DNA of 64,000 bases from Chloroflexota bacterium (lineage in GTDB: Bacteria; Chloroflexota; Dehalococcoidia; Lucifugimonadales; UBA3495). Of the stretch, positions 8,722 to 17,901 are shown piece by piece; positions within the stretch are counted from its first letter, which is position 1, and the number at the start of each line of letters is the position of its first letter. The stretch lies in NCBI GenBank assembly GCA_028874075.1, contig JAPPLU010000049.1, forward strand, positions 122,412-186,411. The letters are read 5' to 3'. The position numbers and the translations under genes were made by a program. Under the pieces are notes generated by a model that worked only from the letters and a program-made list of their open reading frames with translations, was not told the origin of the DNA and did no database searches.

Positions 8722-9048
8722 CCAGCGACAGCCCGATTCACTCTAACCCGCAACAATTTCTTTTGCGAGCCAGGCTGTAGTTCGTAACGGCTTAGCCCGA
8801 GTGGGGACTTGGGAACAGTCGCGGCTTCAGGGGAGTAGGAGTTGACGGCAGGCGCAATAGGGTGTCAGGGGGAAGTGGATGGCCTGCATGACAGGGGATC
8901 AATAGAAGAGCAGCAGTTGCACAAGTGACGTTACGGCAGGAAAGACCATTGAGGCAACAACGGTAAAAGTCAATCGGCCGCCAGTTAGTGGAGAATTGGC
9001 GTGGGAGGCGGCTGACTTAGATGATGTGGGCGCCCGCCATTCGCGACT

Positions 9049-10827
9049 CTATTGGGGAAAGAAGGTAATTGCCATGCTGGCTCGTATCATTTCCTCATCG
9101 GCGCTGGAGACGATGACCAGAGACCCGAGGCTTGACTCCAGCGCCTCAAAGTCCTCTTCCGTCATATCCATATCTTCGGCATCCAACTCCGCTACGATAC
9201 GCTGCAGGTCCAACCAGAAAAGTAACTGATGCTCTCCGGCCAGGGCCTCCACCGCTCGCTGGTATTCGGCAACCGAAGACAATGCATGCTCATCACCGTT
9301 CTGAGCTCCCACCACATTCTCCAGAGCCTCTTCCGTGGTGCCAAATACGAGGTATCCGTTGTGAAGAACGTATCCGGGAGTGTAATCCGTCTCGATTCCA
9401 AAGAAGTCCGGTCTGAAAATCTCCGCGTCGTTGTCGGCGCCCACATCCTCAGAGTCAATATCAATGGGGACTTCCTCGTGAAGGAAGTCGGAAAAGTCTT
9501 CCAGGCTATCCTCTAACCTTGATTCGGATTCCGGGAGGTAAGACAACATTGCCACGACATTGAGTGTCTCCTCCAAAGGGTCTTCCTCAATGCGGCCAGC
9601 ATCGAACTCTTCCACTGACATGACGAACTCTCCACCGAGGTATTCGATGAAGTCTTTCTCCAAGTCTACATCGGTGTAGGCCTCTACCAATTCAAGAAAT
9701 ATATCAAGCACATCGGCCATGTCAGGGTTTTCCCTAAATCGAGGAGGATTGTCGCTCTGCCACTCTACTTCCCGGTATAGCTCCACATAGATATCTTCAA
9801 CGTAGTAGGAGATTTCGTCACTGGATCCGTAATCTTCCAGTTGTTCCCTCCAGTTGTCCAGGTCCGTGTCGAATGATGCAGCTAGCAACCCCACCGTTTC
9901 AGCAGGTACCAGTTCCGCTGGGTTGTCCAGAACCTGAAGGTCGCTGGTAATGTTTATGGTGTTGGGTGCCAGGAATTCCACCACAATGCCCCTGTCAATC
10001 CACTGGGTCGTAACTGCGGCCCAGTCTGGAAAGTCAGAGGAATCGGATATCGCAGCAAAATCGTACGCTTCTTCTGAAATCAGGTCTGCATCATCAAGCA
10101 GGTCTAACAATTCCTCAATGTTCAGGAAGACTGAGGCGAAACGTCGGTCGGAATATTGTTGCCTGGCAGCCTGAAATTGTTCATCATCTGCAAGGGACCG
10201 CTCCGAACGGCCAGTGATCAAGTCCAGCATATCTTCCAGCGTTTCTTCGGGGTCGTCCGCAAACACGACCAGCAACACTTCCCTCGTTAGCGCGAACGCC
10301 AATCTCTCTCGTTCGTCAGTCCATATATCAATCCCGTCATCATCATCGTAGTCAAAGTCGAAGCCCGACTCGTCCTCAAGGTAGTCTGTCCATTCCTCTA
10401 TGAAGATCTGGGCCCTTTCGAAGTCGCGGACAGACACTGTCACTACGCCAACGGGCTTATCATTCTCTTCCAACAGACCGGCCGAGGCGTCGACGCCTAT
10501 CCATGTCTCCAGTTCTTCCTCGAAATCGAAGCCGGACTCGTCCTCAACATCGTCCTGCAGGTCCTCCAATCTTTCTTCCAGCTCTGGTAATTCATTAATC
10601 CTTTCAAACAGATCCATCATCTGGTCAAACTGACCGTCTTCGGGGTACAGGGTAAGCCACGCATAAGAAATAGTGTCTCGAGGGTAGTAACTGGCTGAAT
10701 GTTCGGGAGGGTCGAGGAAGAGACCAATGAAGGGATTAGGGCCAATGCCAAAATAGATCAGGGCGGCGAAGGCAACAATCAGGACGCCAACGGCGGCCAA
10801 AATAACGCCAGTTATTTTGAGAACCAT
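9049..10827 (-). CDS. Membrane-anchored, extremely acidic protein of unknown function (size and architecture possibly DUF3352-like)
   Basis: 592-aa ORF. N-terminal TM ITGVILAAVGVLIVAFAALIYFGI. The remainder is dominated by Asp/Glu runs (EDLQDDVEDESGFDFEEELE, FDFDYDDDDGIDIW). ATG 10827. Confidence 0.7.
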   Translation of the reverse strand: MVLKITGVILAAVGVLIVAFAALIYFGIGPNPFIGLFLDPPEHSASYYPRDTISYAWLTLYPEDGQFDQMMDLFERINELPELEERLEDLQDDVEDESGFDFEEELETWIGVDASAGLLEENDKPVGVVTVSVRDFERAQIFIEEWTDYLEDESGFDFDYDDDDGIDIWTDERERLAFALTREVLLVVFADDPEETLEDMLDLITGRSERSLADDEQFQAARQQYSDRRFASVFLNIEELLDLLDDADLISEEAYDFAAISDSSDFPDWAAVTTQWIDRGIVVEFLAPNTINITSDLQVLDNPAELVPAETVGLLAASFDTDLDNWREQLEDYGSSDEISYYVEDIYVELYREVEWQSDNPPRFRENPDMADVLDIFLELVEAYTDVDLEKDFIEYLGGEFVMSVEEFDAGRIEEDPLEETLNVVAMLSYLPESESRLEDSLEDFSDFLHEEVPIDIDSEDVGADNDAEIFRPDFFGIETDYTPGYVLHNGYLVFGTTEEALENVVGAQNGDEHALSSVAEYQRAVEALAGEHQLLFWLDLQRIVAELDAEDMDMTEEDFEALESSLGSLVIVSSADEEMIRASMAITFFPQ

Positions 10828-10921
10828 AGAGTAGACTCCGATTCAGGGAGGGGAAATCAATGGTGTAAGTTTGCTATTGCTCGACCATCTTCCTGCTTCA
10901 CCAGCCCGGATGGAAAGGGGG

Positions 10922-10966
10922 AAATCAAAATTGCACGTCGCTTCCGGTCTCCAGGAAACGACGTGC
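10922..10966 (-). terminator. Rho-independent terminator after the TPP-enzyme gene
   Basis: Stem GCACGTCG...CGACGTGC of 8 bp plus 4 inner bp (10933-10966). On the minus strand it is followed by AATTTTGATTT. Confidence 0.65.
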
Positions 10967-11037
10967 ATACACGATCTTCCTTCAAACCCCAACATCCCAG
11001 TTCTCTCGAAATGGGACGGGGCGAGGTTCCGTCCGAT

Positions 11038-12693
11038 CTATCTGCCCACCCAGTCCCCGTAAATCGGGTACTGGCTGCAGAGGAACTCGATGTAGGCCGG
11101 GCGGTTGGACTGGTTGACCTCCAGGGCGCGGCGCAGGGCCGGCTCCACCTCCGACGGTTCCGACACCCGCTCGGTGTGGTAGCCCAGCTCGCCAATTACC
11201 CGGGACATATCCACGTCGTCGGGACCCAGCACCGAGTGGGTGAAGGGGTCGTGGCCGGGACCCCAGAAGCCGGGTCCGTAGCCGGCGAAGCCGCCGTTGC
11301 TGATGTGGGCCACGGTAACGCCCAGATTCTGCCGCAGGGCCACTTCCAGGTTGCCCAGCATGTAGCCCAGACCCGCCTCGCCGGTAACCGTTACCGCCGG
11401 ACGGTTGGGGTCGGCCAGCCGCGCCGCCACCGAACCTGCCCAGCCGAAGCCCAGGGTGGAGACATTGCCCCAGCCCAGGAAGCCCCGGGGTACCAGGGTG
11501 TCGTACACGGTGCTCAGCTGGTCCCGGGTGTTGCCCGACTCGTGGGTTACAAAGGAGTTGTAGGGGTCCAGCACCTCCATCAACCCGGCGTACACCCGGT
11601 AGGGGTTGATGGGCTTGTCGCTGGACGCCATGGCCTCCAGGTACTGGGCCATGCCGGCATCCCGCTCGGTTTTCACCTCCAGGGCCACGTCCTCCCGGGA
11701 GCGGGCCGACTTCACCGGACGGTCGGCGAGCTCTTCGTTCAACGCCTGCAGGGAGTAGCGGGCGTCGCCAATGACCACGCCAGCCGTGTTGTAGACCTTG
11801 TTGACGTGCAGGTCGTCCACGTCGCAGTGGACGATAGTCTTGCTGCCGGCGTTGGGGATTCGGTGGCTGAACCGGCCGGGGGACAGGCTGGTGCCCACGG
11901 CGAACACCATGTCGCAGTTCTCCAGGTAGTTGTTGACCTGGCCGCCCCGCACGCCCACGAACAGGGGATGGTTCTCGGGGAAGGCGCCCTTGGCCTTAAG
12001 GGTGGTGATCACCGGGGCATTGGCCATCTCGGCGAAGGCTACCAGTTCCTCCGCAGCCTCGGCGTAAATCACACCCTCCCCGGCGTAGATAATGGGCCGC
12101 TGGGCGCCGGTGAGCAGGTCAATGGCGTGGGCCACGTCCTCCCGCACGGGGCCGTGCTTCCAGCCCTTAACCGGCTGGTAGGGGTCGGCCGTCTCGTCGT
12201 AGGTTCCGGTGGGGTCGGGAACGGCCAGTACCACCGGGCCAGGGCGACCGCTCCGCAGCATGGTGAAGGCCCGGCGCATGAACTCGGGGACCCGCTCGGG
12301 CCGGTCGATGAAGCCGTACCACTTGGACACGGTGGACAGGGCGTTGAAGACGTCGTACTGGCTGTTGTTGGTGGAGCCGGCCGGAACCCCGTCGGTGATG
12401 CACAGCACCGGCGAACCGTCCTCGAAGGCCTGGGCCATACCGGCGTAGGCGTACTGGGTACCGGCGGCGTTGACGCCGCCCTGGAAGGTGCAGACGCCGA
12501 TCTGGCGACCGGCGGTAATGCGAGAGAAGGCGTCGGCCACGGCCACGGCGTAGCGGTCGTCGCGCATCATCACCATGGGGATGCCCTCGCGGCCCAGGGC
12601 ATTGTTGACCCGGCAGACGGGGAAGGTGGAAACCCATTCAACCCCTTCCTGTTTCAGAATACGGGCTATGCCGGTGGCGGCGTCGATAGTCAT
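11038..12693 (-). CDS. Thiamine-diphosphate-dependent enzyme (acetolactate synthase / sulfoacetaldehyde acetyltransferase-like family)
   Basis: Three-domain TPP-enzyme layout. N-terminal GIARILKQEGVEWVSTFPV. C-terminal TPP-binding region TGEAGLGYMLGNLEVALRQNLGVTVAHISNGGF. ATG 12693 is preceded by GGAAGGGAG; the track ORF extends to 12780. Confidence 0.8.
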   Translation of the reverse strand: MTIDAATGIARILKQEGVEWVSTFPVCRVNNALGREGIPMVMMRDDRYAVAVADAFSRITAGRQIGVCTFQGGVNAAGTQYAYAGMAQAFEDGSPVLCITDGVPAGSTNNSQYDVFNALSTVSKWYGFIDRPERVPEFMRRAFTMLRSGRPGPVVLAVPDPTGTYDETADPYQPVKGWKHGPVREDVAHAIDLLTGAQRPIIYAGEGVIYAEAAEELVAFAEMANAPVITTLKAKGAFPENHPLFVGVRGGQVNNYLENCDMVFAVGTSLSPGRFSHRIPNAGSKTIVHCDVDDLHVNKVYNTAGVVIGDARYSLQALNEELADRPVKSARSREDVALEVKTERDAGMAQYLEAMASSDKPINPYRVYAGLMEVLDPYNSFVTHESGNTRDQLSTVYDTLVPRGFLGWGNVSTLGFGWAGSVAARLADPNRPAVTVTGEAGLGYMLGNLEVALRQNLGVTVAHISNGGFAGYGPGFWGPGHDPFTHSVLGPDDVDMSRVIGELGYHTERVSEPSEVEPALRRALEVNQSNRPAYIEFLCSQYPIYGDWVGR

Positions 12694-12850
12694 TGTCAAG
12701 TCTCCCTTCCTGCTTGGCAGATTCGGATTTGGCGGTTTCGGAGTTTTGCCTACTCTACCATTTAGGTTGGGGGCTGTCATCCTGGACTATTTGGGAACCT
12801 GCCCAGAAATTAAGGGTGTTGCTGCCGCCCACCAGTCTTTCCGGCTCACG

Positions 12851-12930
12851 CCGGAATCCAGAAAGGTACGGCACTGGCCAACGCGCCAGAAGCCGGAAAC
12901 GCTGGATACCGGCTTTCGACGGTATGACGG
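12851..12930. repeat. REP-like intergenic element ('...GFRRYDG / IPAFAGMT'-type) with hairpin
   Basis: Hairpin ATACCG-GCTTTCGA-CGGTAT at 12906-12925. The GGTATGACGG motif is related to the GGGAACGACGG motifs at ~45288, ~53432 and ~58603. Confidence 0.5.
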
Positions 12931-13073
12931 GTCTGGGACCTAGCAGCCCCCTAGGTCTAAACTGTTACGGTCGTTTCCCGTAGGATGCGGCCACCCGGGG
13001 TTTGTATTATGATTGGGCCACAAGACTTTCCCAACGAATAACTCCGGATTCAACAGTAGTACGGAGGTAAAGC

Positions 13074-14621
13074 ATGAAGTACGACGTCATAGTAGTAGGA
13101 GGCGGCTCGGCGGGGTGCGCCATCGCCACCCGCCTGTCGGAAGACCCGGAACGCTCGGTGCTGCTGCTGGAGGCGGGGCCCGACTACACGGATTATGAGA
13201 CCTTGCCCGACGACCTGAAGCTGGGCAACAACGTGTGGCTTTCCGCCTACGGCCCCCACAACTGGGGCTACACCGCCCAGATAACGCCGGAACAGACAGA
13301 GCTGATCATCCCCCGGGGCAAGGCCACCGGAGGCTCCAGCGCGGTGAACGGGCAGGTTATGTACCGAGGCATTCCCGACGATTACGACCGCTGGGCAGAA
13401 TGGGGCAACGACGAGTGGAGTTATACCCAGGTGCTGCCCTACTTCAACAAGCTGGAGACCGACCTGGACTTCGGGGGCGACGACTTTCACGGCACCACCG
13501 GGCCGGTTCCGGTGCGCCGTTCGCCCCGCAGCGAGTGGATGCCCCATGCCCTGGCCTTTGAGCGGGCCTGCCTTGACCTGGGATTCCAGATCAGCGAGGA
13601 CCAGAACCACCCCGAGTCCACCGGCATCTCACCCCGGGCGCGCAACACCATCGACGGGGTGCGGATGAGCATGGCCCTGACCTATCTGGAACAGGCCCGC
13701 CACCGCCTGAACCTCACTGTTCGGGGCGGCGTAACGGCCCGTCGAATCCTGTTCAAGGGCAATCGCGCCGTGGGCGTTGAGGCCGAAAGCGGCGGCGAGG
13801 TTTTCACGGTGGAAGGCGAGCAGATAGTGATCAGCAGCGGCGCCATCGGATCGCCCCACCTGCTGCTCCTCTCCGGCGTCGGCCCTGCGGAGCACGTCAG
13901 CAGCTTCGGCATCGAAGTGGTCCACGACCTGCCCGGGGTGGGCCAGAACCTCAGGGACCATCCCGCGGCCGCCGTGCTCTACCTGGCGGCGGGAGACAAG
14001 CCCGACGTGCAGGCCCCGGTAATCCAGGTGGGCCTGCGCTACACCGTTGAGGATTCCGGCCTGAGCAACGACATGCAGTTGAGTCCCATGCTGATGACCA
14101 GTGAGCATCGCCCAGCCCACGTGGAGATAGACGACGACCTCAACTACATCGGCATGAGCGCCAGCCTGCAACTGGCCCTGGGCAAGGGGGAACTGACCCT
14201 GCAGTCCGCCGACCCCCACATGCAGCCCCGGCTCAACTACAACTACTACCAGGAAGAGGAGGACCTGCGGCGGATGCGGGAAGCCATCCGGCTGGGAGTC
14301 CAGGTTGCCGAGCAGTCCTATTTCGCCGACATGCTGCTGGAACGGATAATGCCCAGCGACGAGGAACTGCAGTCCGACGAACTCTTGAATGAATGGCTGC
14401 GGCGCAACTCGGGCACGTCGCACCACGTCTCGGGCACCTGCAAAATGGGCCCCGACTCAGACCCCATGGCCGTGGTGGACCAGCGCCTGCGGGTTAAGGG
14501 AGTGGAGGGCCTGAGGGTGGCCGACGCCTCGGTAATGCCCGACTGCATCCGCGCCAACACCAACGCCACCACCCTGATGATTGCGGAGAAATTGGCGGAC
14601 TACATCAAGGAGGGGAGGTAG
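13074..14621 (+). CDS. GMC-family FAD oxidoreductase (choline/alcohol dehydrogenase-like)
   Basis: FAD-binding GxGxxG in DVIVVGGGSAGCAIATRLSE; also GKATGGSSAVNG and the C-terminal active-site region HHVSGTCKMG. GGAGG precedes the ATG. Confidence 0.85.
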   Translation: MKYDVIVVGGGSAGCAIATRLSEDPERSVLLLEAGPDYTDYETLPDDLKLGNNVWLSAYGPHNWGYTAQITPEQTELIIPRGKATGGSSAVNGQVMYRGIPDDYDRWAEWGNDEWSYTQVLPYFNKLETDLDFGGDDFHGTTGPVPVRRSPRSEWMPHALAFERACLDLGFQISEDQNHPESTGISPRARNTIDGVRMSMALTYLEQARHRLNLTVRGGVTARRILFKGNRAVGVEAESGGEVFTVEGEQIVISSGAIGSPHLLLLSGVGPAEHVSSFGIEVVHDLPGVGQNLRDHPAAAVLYLAAGDKPDVQAPVIQVGLRYTVEDSGLSNDMQLSPMLMTSEHRPAHVEIDDDLNYIGMSASLQLALGKGELTLQSADPHMQPRLNYNYYQEEEDLRRMREAIRLGVQVAEQSYFADMLLERIMPSDEELQSDELLNEWLRRNSGTSHHVSGTCKMGPDSDPMAVVDQRLRVKGVEGLRVADASVMPDCIRANTNATTLMIAEKLADYIKEGR

Positions 14622-14674
14622 GGGGCGGGCAACTTCAGATCCGGCCGGCAAACCGTTCGCAATAACCCGTTAAG

Positions 14675-14744
14675 CCGCTCACGGCGAGCTTGTCGAACCG
14701 ACCCGGTTTCGGCGGGCATGCTTCGGCAAGCTCACGATGAGCGG
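14675..14744. repeat. Imperfect 70-nt palindromic REP-like element ('FDKLRMSG'-type arms)
   Basis: CCGCTCACGGCGAGCTTGTCGAAC faces CTTCGGCAAGCTCACGATGAGCGG as inverted arms. Single arms recur at ~29866, ~58519 and ~58700. Confidence 0.55.
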
Positions 14745-14814
14745 GCGGGGATACGACCTCACTTCAGCCACCTCTTCCTGGAGGGGCGGAAGCAGAGATC
14801 CATGATGGAACCAC

Positions 14815-15747
14815 CTAACTCGAAGGCACCCTAATTGTAGTCTTGTGGATGATTGGCTCAGTTATAGCCGGCACAGTCCCAGTCGCTGGGAGGCCGCTGG
14901 TCAAGGGTTGATCCTGCGCTACTGATTGTAAGGTGATTGTAGTCCACCCCACATGGGCGGCAAGTTGGTCCTCGCTAAGCACCATCGAGGCTTTCACTCC
15001 GTATTGCGCATCTTCTTCTATCTTTGAATACACGGAGGCAACACGACTCTTGAGAGAACCTCCCGTCGCAAGCGAATTTGCAAAGAGATTCTGCAGATAG
15101 ATACCAACCGTCAGAACAAAGATATTCAGGTACACATCTCTGAAACGCTCATTGATCTGTTGCCTAATGGTATCGTTCCGACGATCCGAGTGCGCCCCCT
15201 GTGTATTGGCGACTTCCGACAGAATTGCTTTCATGTCGTGTCGGTTTCGGTTTATTTGAAGGACGGGCTGCTTCAGCCAACGATCCAATCTGAGGGGAAT
15301 CAGCCTCTCATCGAATGGGCTTTCTGAAACCCACAGGCCGCGACCTTTTTCGAACCGTAGGGCATAAAGGGGATACACGGCTGTTTCGTATTTTACTGGA
15401 GACATATCGATAACCGCTTGCTGCCCCGCCATTGGCTCGTCCAGTTTTGTTATCGTTATCGTGCCATCTCGCATTACAATCACCTGTTCGTAAAGATCAC
15501 CCCCGAGACGGTCAGGACGCATCAGCTTGTGGAGCATCGGTCTGCGTACGCATCTACGCAGACCGTCGCCCAATAACAATTTTCGTAGCTCGACAGATAT
15601 TAGCCTCGAAGCACCCACCAGGTTGTTGCGGTTGGCCTCAATCGCTCTGATTTGACCGAGAATATTGACCATCGTGTAGGCAAGATCTTCAAATTCACTG
15701 TCTGTACTATTTTCATTGGCTTCCCAGGTATACATAGCCGACTCCAT
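14815..15747 (-). CDS. Hypothetical protein, no recognisable family; low-GC gene
   Basis: Track ORF 14815..15783 starts at a TTG. ATG 15747 (MESAMYTW...) has TGGAG upstream. Spot GC counts of 43-55% per 60-nt line compare with about 63% in neighbouring genes. Confidence 0.5.
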   Translation of the reverse strand: MESAMYTWEANENSTDSEFEDLAYTMVNILGQIRAIEANRNNLVGASRLISVELRKLLLGDGLRRCVRRPMLHKLMRPDRLGGDLYEQVIVMRDGTITITKLDEPMAGQQAVIDMSPVKYETAVYPLYALRFEKGRGLWVSESPFDERLIPLRLDRWLKQPVLQINRNRHDMKAILSEVANTQGAHSDRRNDTIRQQINERFRDVYLNIFVLTVGIYLQNLFANSLATGGSLKSRVASVYSKIEEDAQYGVKASMVLSEDQLAAHVGWTTITLQSVAQDQPLTSGLPATGTVPAITEPIIHKTTIRVPSS

Positions 15748-15994
15748 GAGCAAACTCCATTGGCTGTCCCTGCCACGCTGCAAATGATGGAAAGTTGGAA
15801 AGATGGGGGAGCAATCGGCAAGGGGATGTATGAGGGGGTACGCGACAGGGCGACTGCATTCATGCTTTGCAAAGCTTCACCCAAGAGTTCGCATAAGGCC
15901 ATAGACGCCACGGATAGGTGGTACCCCAATCCTCACTTTTCGCCATCAGCGGGAAGGGGACTCTAGGTAACTCCGCTTATAATGCGCAACCCCC

Positions 15995-16324
15995 TCAATA
16001 CTTGAACTCTTCCCGCACGGGACTGAAAACATCCAGGGCCTTGCAGGGCTGGTCCAGGCCCTTGGCGTAGTGCTCCACGCCGCCGGGGATGATGTACATA
16101 TCGCCCACCTTGAGGGTCTGTACCTCGCCGTCGATGCCCATTTCCATCTCCCCTTCCACGACAATCCCCGCCTGCTCGTGGGGGTGGGTATGCAGGGGAA
16201 CCAGGGAGTTGGCGTCAATCTCCACCAGGGACAGGAGCATATTGTCGCCCCAGAAGGTGCGGGTACGGGCGCCGTCGGCCAGTTCCTTGGTGTCGCGGCC
16301 CTGGGCGAATTTGAAGTAGGACAT
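15995..16324 (-). CDS. Cupin-domain protein
   Basis: Two-motif cupin signature HTHPHEQAGIVVEGE ... GDMYIIPGGVEH. ATG 16324 is preceded by GAGGAG. Confidence 0.8.
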   Translation of the reverse strand: MSYFKFAQGRDTKELADGARTRTFWGDNMLLSLVEIDANSLVPLHTHPHEQAGIVVEGEMEMGIDGEVQTLKVGDMYIIPGGVEHYAKGLDQPCKALDVFSPVREEFKY

Positions 16325-16491
16325 TGTTGGTCTCCTCAACTAAGGAAATTGCTGGTTCAGCCTGTTATTGAAGAAGTTAAGACATTACAGCATCTCTGAC
16401 AAACTCCGAACCGCGTCCAGGGAAGGCAAAGGTCTTGGCTGAAATAGAATTGACGCATGACCCTGCCACAAACTGGAGGTGTATAGATACG

Positions 16492-16521
16492 AAAAAATGG
16501 CCGGAGCGCCTGACGCCCCGG
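16492..16521 (-). terminator. Rho-independent terminator of the two-gene mini-operon
   Basis: Minus strand: the stop TAG is followed after 5 nt by the hairpin CCGGGGCGTCAGGCGCTCCGG, then CCATTTTTTCG. Confidence 0.6.
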
Positions 16522-16525
16522 TATT

Positions 16526-16735
16526 CTATTGGCTACTTATAGCCACGATGGCACCGATGGCGACTACCGAAATGGCCGCCACCGCTATGGCTGTCTTTAC
16601 AACATCAAACTTAGCCTTCTCAACGTCCTCTCTCGTTGCTGTATATTCCGCCCTGGTTTCCAACTCCTTTACTCTGTTCTTCATTTCGTTCACGTCCGAT
16701 TCCAGAGCATCTAGACGCTCTCCATCAGACGGCAT
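16526..16735 (-). CDS. Small tail-anchored membrane protein: N-terminal coiled coil plus C-terminal TM (XhlA/holin-like architecture)
   Basis: 69 aa. LDALESDVNEMKNRVKELETR is followed by the TM TAIAVAAISVVAIGAIVAI. The ATG has GGGAGGGGGAG upstream and overlaps the preceding gene by 11 nt. A terminator follows immediately. Confidence 0.5.
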   Translation of the reverse strand: MPSDGERLDALESDVNEMKNRVKELETRAEYTATREDVEKAKFDVVKTAIAVAAISVVAIGAIVAISSQ

Positions 16736-16997
16736 TGGTAGGCTCCCCCTCCCTTACTCGATTCATCCACTCAGAGAATTCAATCACACTCTTTGCCGTA
16801 GGGAAGCTTACATCTACAGACTTTACAAGGAAGTTGAAAGTGTCTTCAGGGAACTCCTTCTGCAGACTCTTTTGGAGATCGTTAATAGCCTCTTCCGGCG
16901 TGCTTCCCCTGCCCAGGAGTCCGAAACCCAGCGGGCTGGCATACCACACTTTCCCTGTTGCGCTGTTTCGTACGTTGACCGGCACCATTTGTTCCAT
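16725..16997 (-). CDS. HicB-like (UPF0150-type) small protein
   Basis: 90 aa. WYASPLGFGLLGRGSTPEEAINDLQKSL matches the Y-x-A-x-x-P-x-L-P-G-x-x-x-x-G-x-T-x-EEA pattern of HicB-family antitoxin N-domains. AGGAG is upstream of the ATG. Low-GC region. Confidence 0.5.
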   Translation of the reverse strand: MEQMVPVNVRNSATGKVWYASPLGFGLLGRGSTPEEAINDLQKSLQKEFPEDTFNFLVKSVDVSFPTAKSVIEFSEWMNRVREGEPTNAV

Positions 16998-17148
16998 AGC
17001 GCCTTTTACTCCTATGCTTTAGCGGATATGCTGGTTGTCTTGCGCTTATATTATCCCATGCCCGAACGAAAACCAATTTGGCGAGCAGTAGGCGCTTTGT
17101 CAACATGGCTGTCTGCCCTTCAGGGACGGGATCCCGATCAACTGCCCC

Positions 17149-17901
17149 CTACTCAAACCCCAGCTTGCGTTCGTTAAGGCTGACGTAGCGGCCGCCGCTG
17201 CCGATTACCAGGTGGTCCAGCAGGTCTATCCCCAGCAGCTTTCCGGCGGACACCAGGTCCCGGGTGATAGCCACGTCTTCCGGGCTGGGCGTCGGGTCTC
17301 CCGACGGGTGGTTATGGGCCACGATGATAGACGGGGCATTGTCGCGTACCGCCGGCCGGAACACCTCCGAAGGCCTTACGATGGAACTGTTGACGTTGCC
17401 CACGTACACCTCCACCGTGCTCAGCACCTGGTTCTTCGTGTTCAGGAGCAGAACTCGCAGGTGTTCCTGCTCCAGCGACGCCATTTCCGCCTGCAGCAGG
17501 TTCGCCACGTCCTGGGGCGAGTTAATGACCGCCCGGTCCTGGGGCGCCAGTGATATAAGACGCCGGCCCAGCTCCAGGGCGGCCATAAGCTGGCAAGCCT
17601 TGGCCTCGCTGAGGCCCCGCTCGGCGCACAGCTCGGCGAAGGTGCTGCGGCCGAGGCCATCCAGGCCGCCAAACCGGCTCAGCAAGCGGTTGGACATCGC
17701 CAGAACGTTCTCTCCCTGTATGCCCGTGCGCAGGAGGATGGCGATAAGCTCGGCGTTGCTGAGGTAGCGCGGGCCGTAGTCCCGCAGGCGTTCCCGGGGA
17801 CGTTCGCCCTGGGGCATGTCGCGGAGTTTGGGCTGGTAGGTGGCAGCCCACCCTGCTTCCAGGTGGGCATTTTCAATATCCGGCGTAACAGTAGCGACCA
17901 T
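17149..17901 (-). CDS. radC: RadC-family (UPF0758, JAB/MPN domain) protein
   Basis: HNHPSGDPTPSPEDV JAMM-like motif. N-terminal ERPRERL...NAELIAILLRTG. ATG 17901 is preceded by GGGAAGGA; the track ORF extends to 17967. Confidence 0.85.
   Translation of the reverse strand: MVATVTPDIENAHLEAGWAATYQPKLRDMPQGERPRERLRDYGPRYLSNAELIAILLRTGIQGENVLAMSNRLLSRFGGLDGLGRSTFAELCAERGLSEAKACQLMAALELGRRLISLAPQDRAVINSPQDVANLLQAEMASLEQEHLRVLLLNTKNQVLSTVEVYVGNVNSSIVRPSEVFRPAVRDNAPSIIVAHNHPSGDPTPSPEDVAITRDLVSAGKLLGIDLLDHLVIGSGGRYVSLNERKLGFE

Noticed and set aside
10699-12765. 688-aa plus-strand ORF, the longest in this part of the track
   Set aside because: It is antisense to the TPP-enzyme gene, whose motifs are unambiguous. 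Its translation is Gly/Ala/Val/His/Pro low-complexity, as expected for the antisense frame of high-GC coding DNA. It has no credible RBS.
16725-16735. GCCGTCTGA in the gene overlap resembles the Neisseria DNA uptake sequence
   Set aside because: It is a single 9-of-10 match in an unrelated high-GC genome, so it is a coincidence.
16526-17901. Prophage lysis cassette (XhlA-like mini-protein near RadC)
   Set aside because: No other phage genes (terminase, capsid, endolysin, integrase) are nearby. radC here is high-GC with the full housekeeping-type N-terminal domain.
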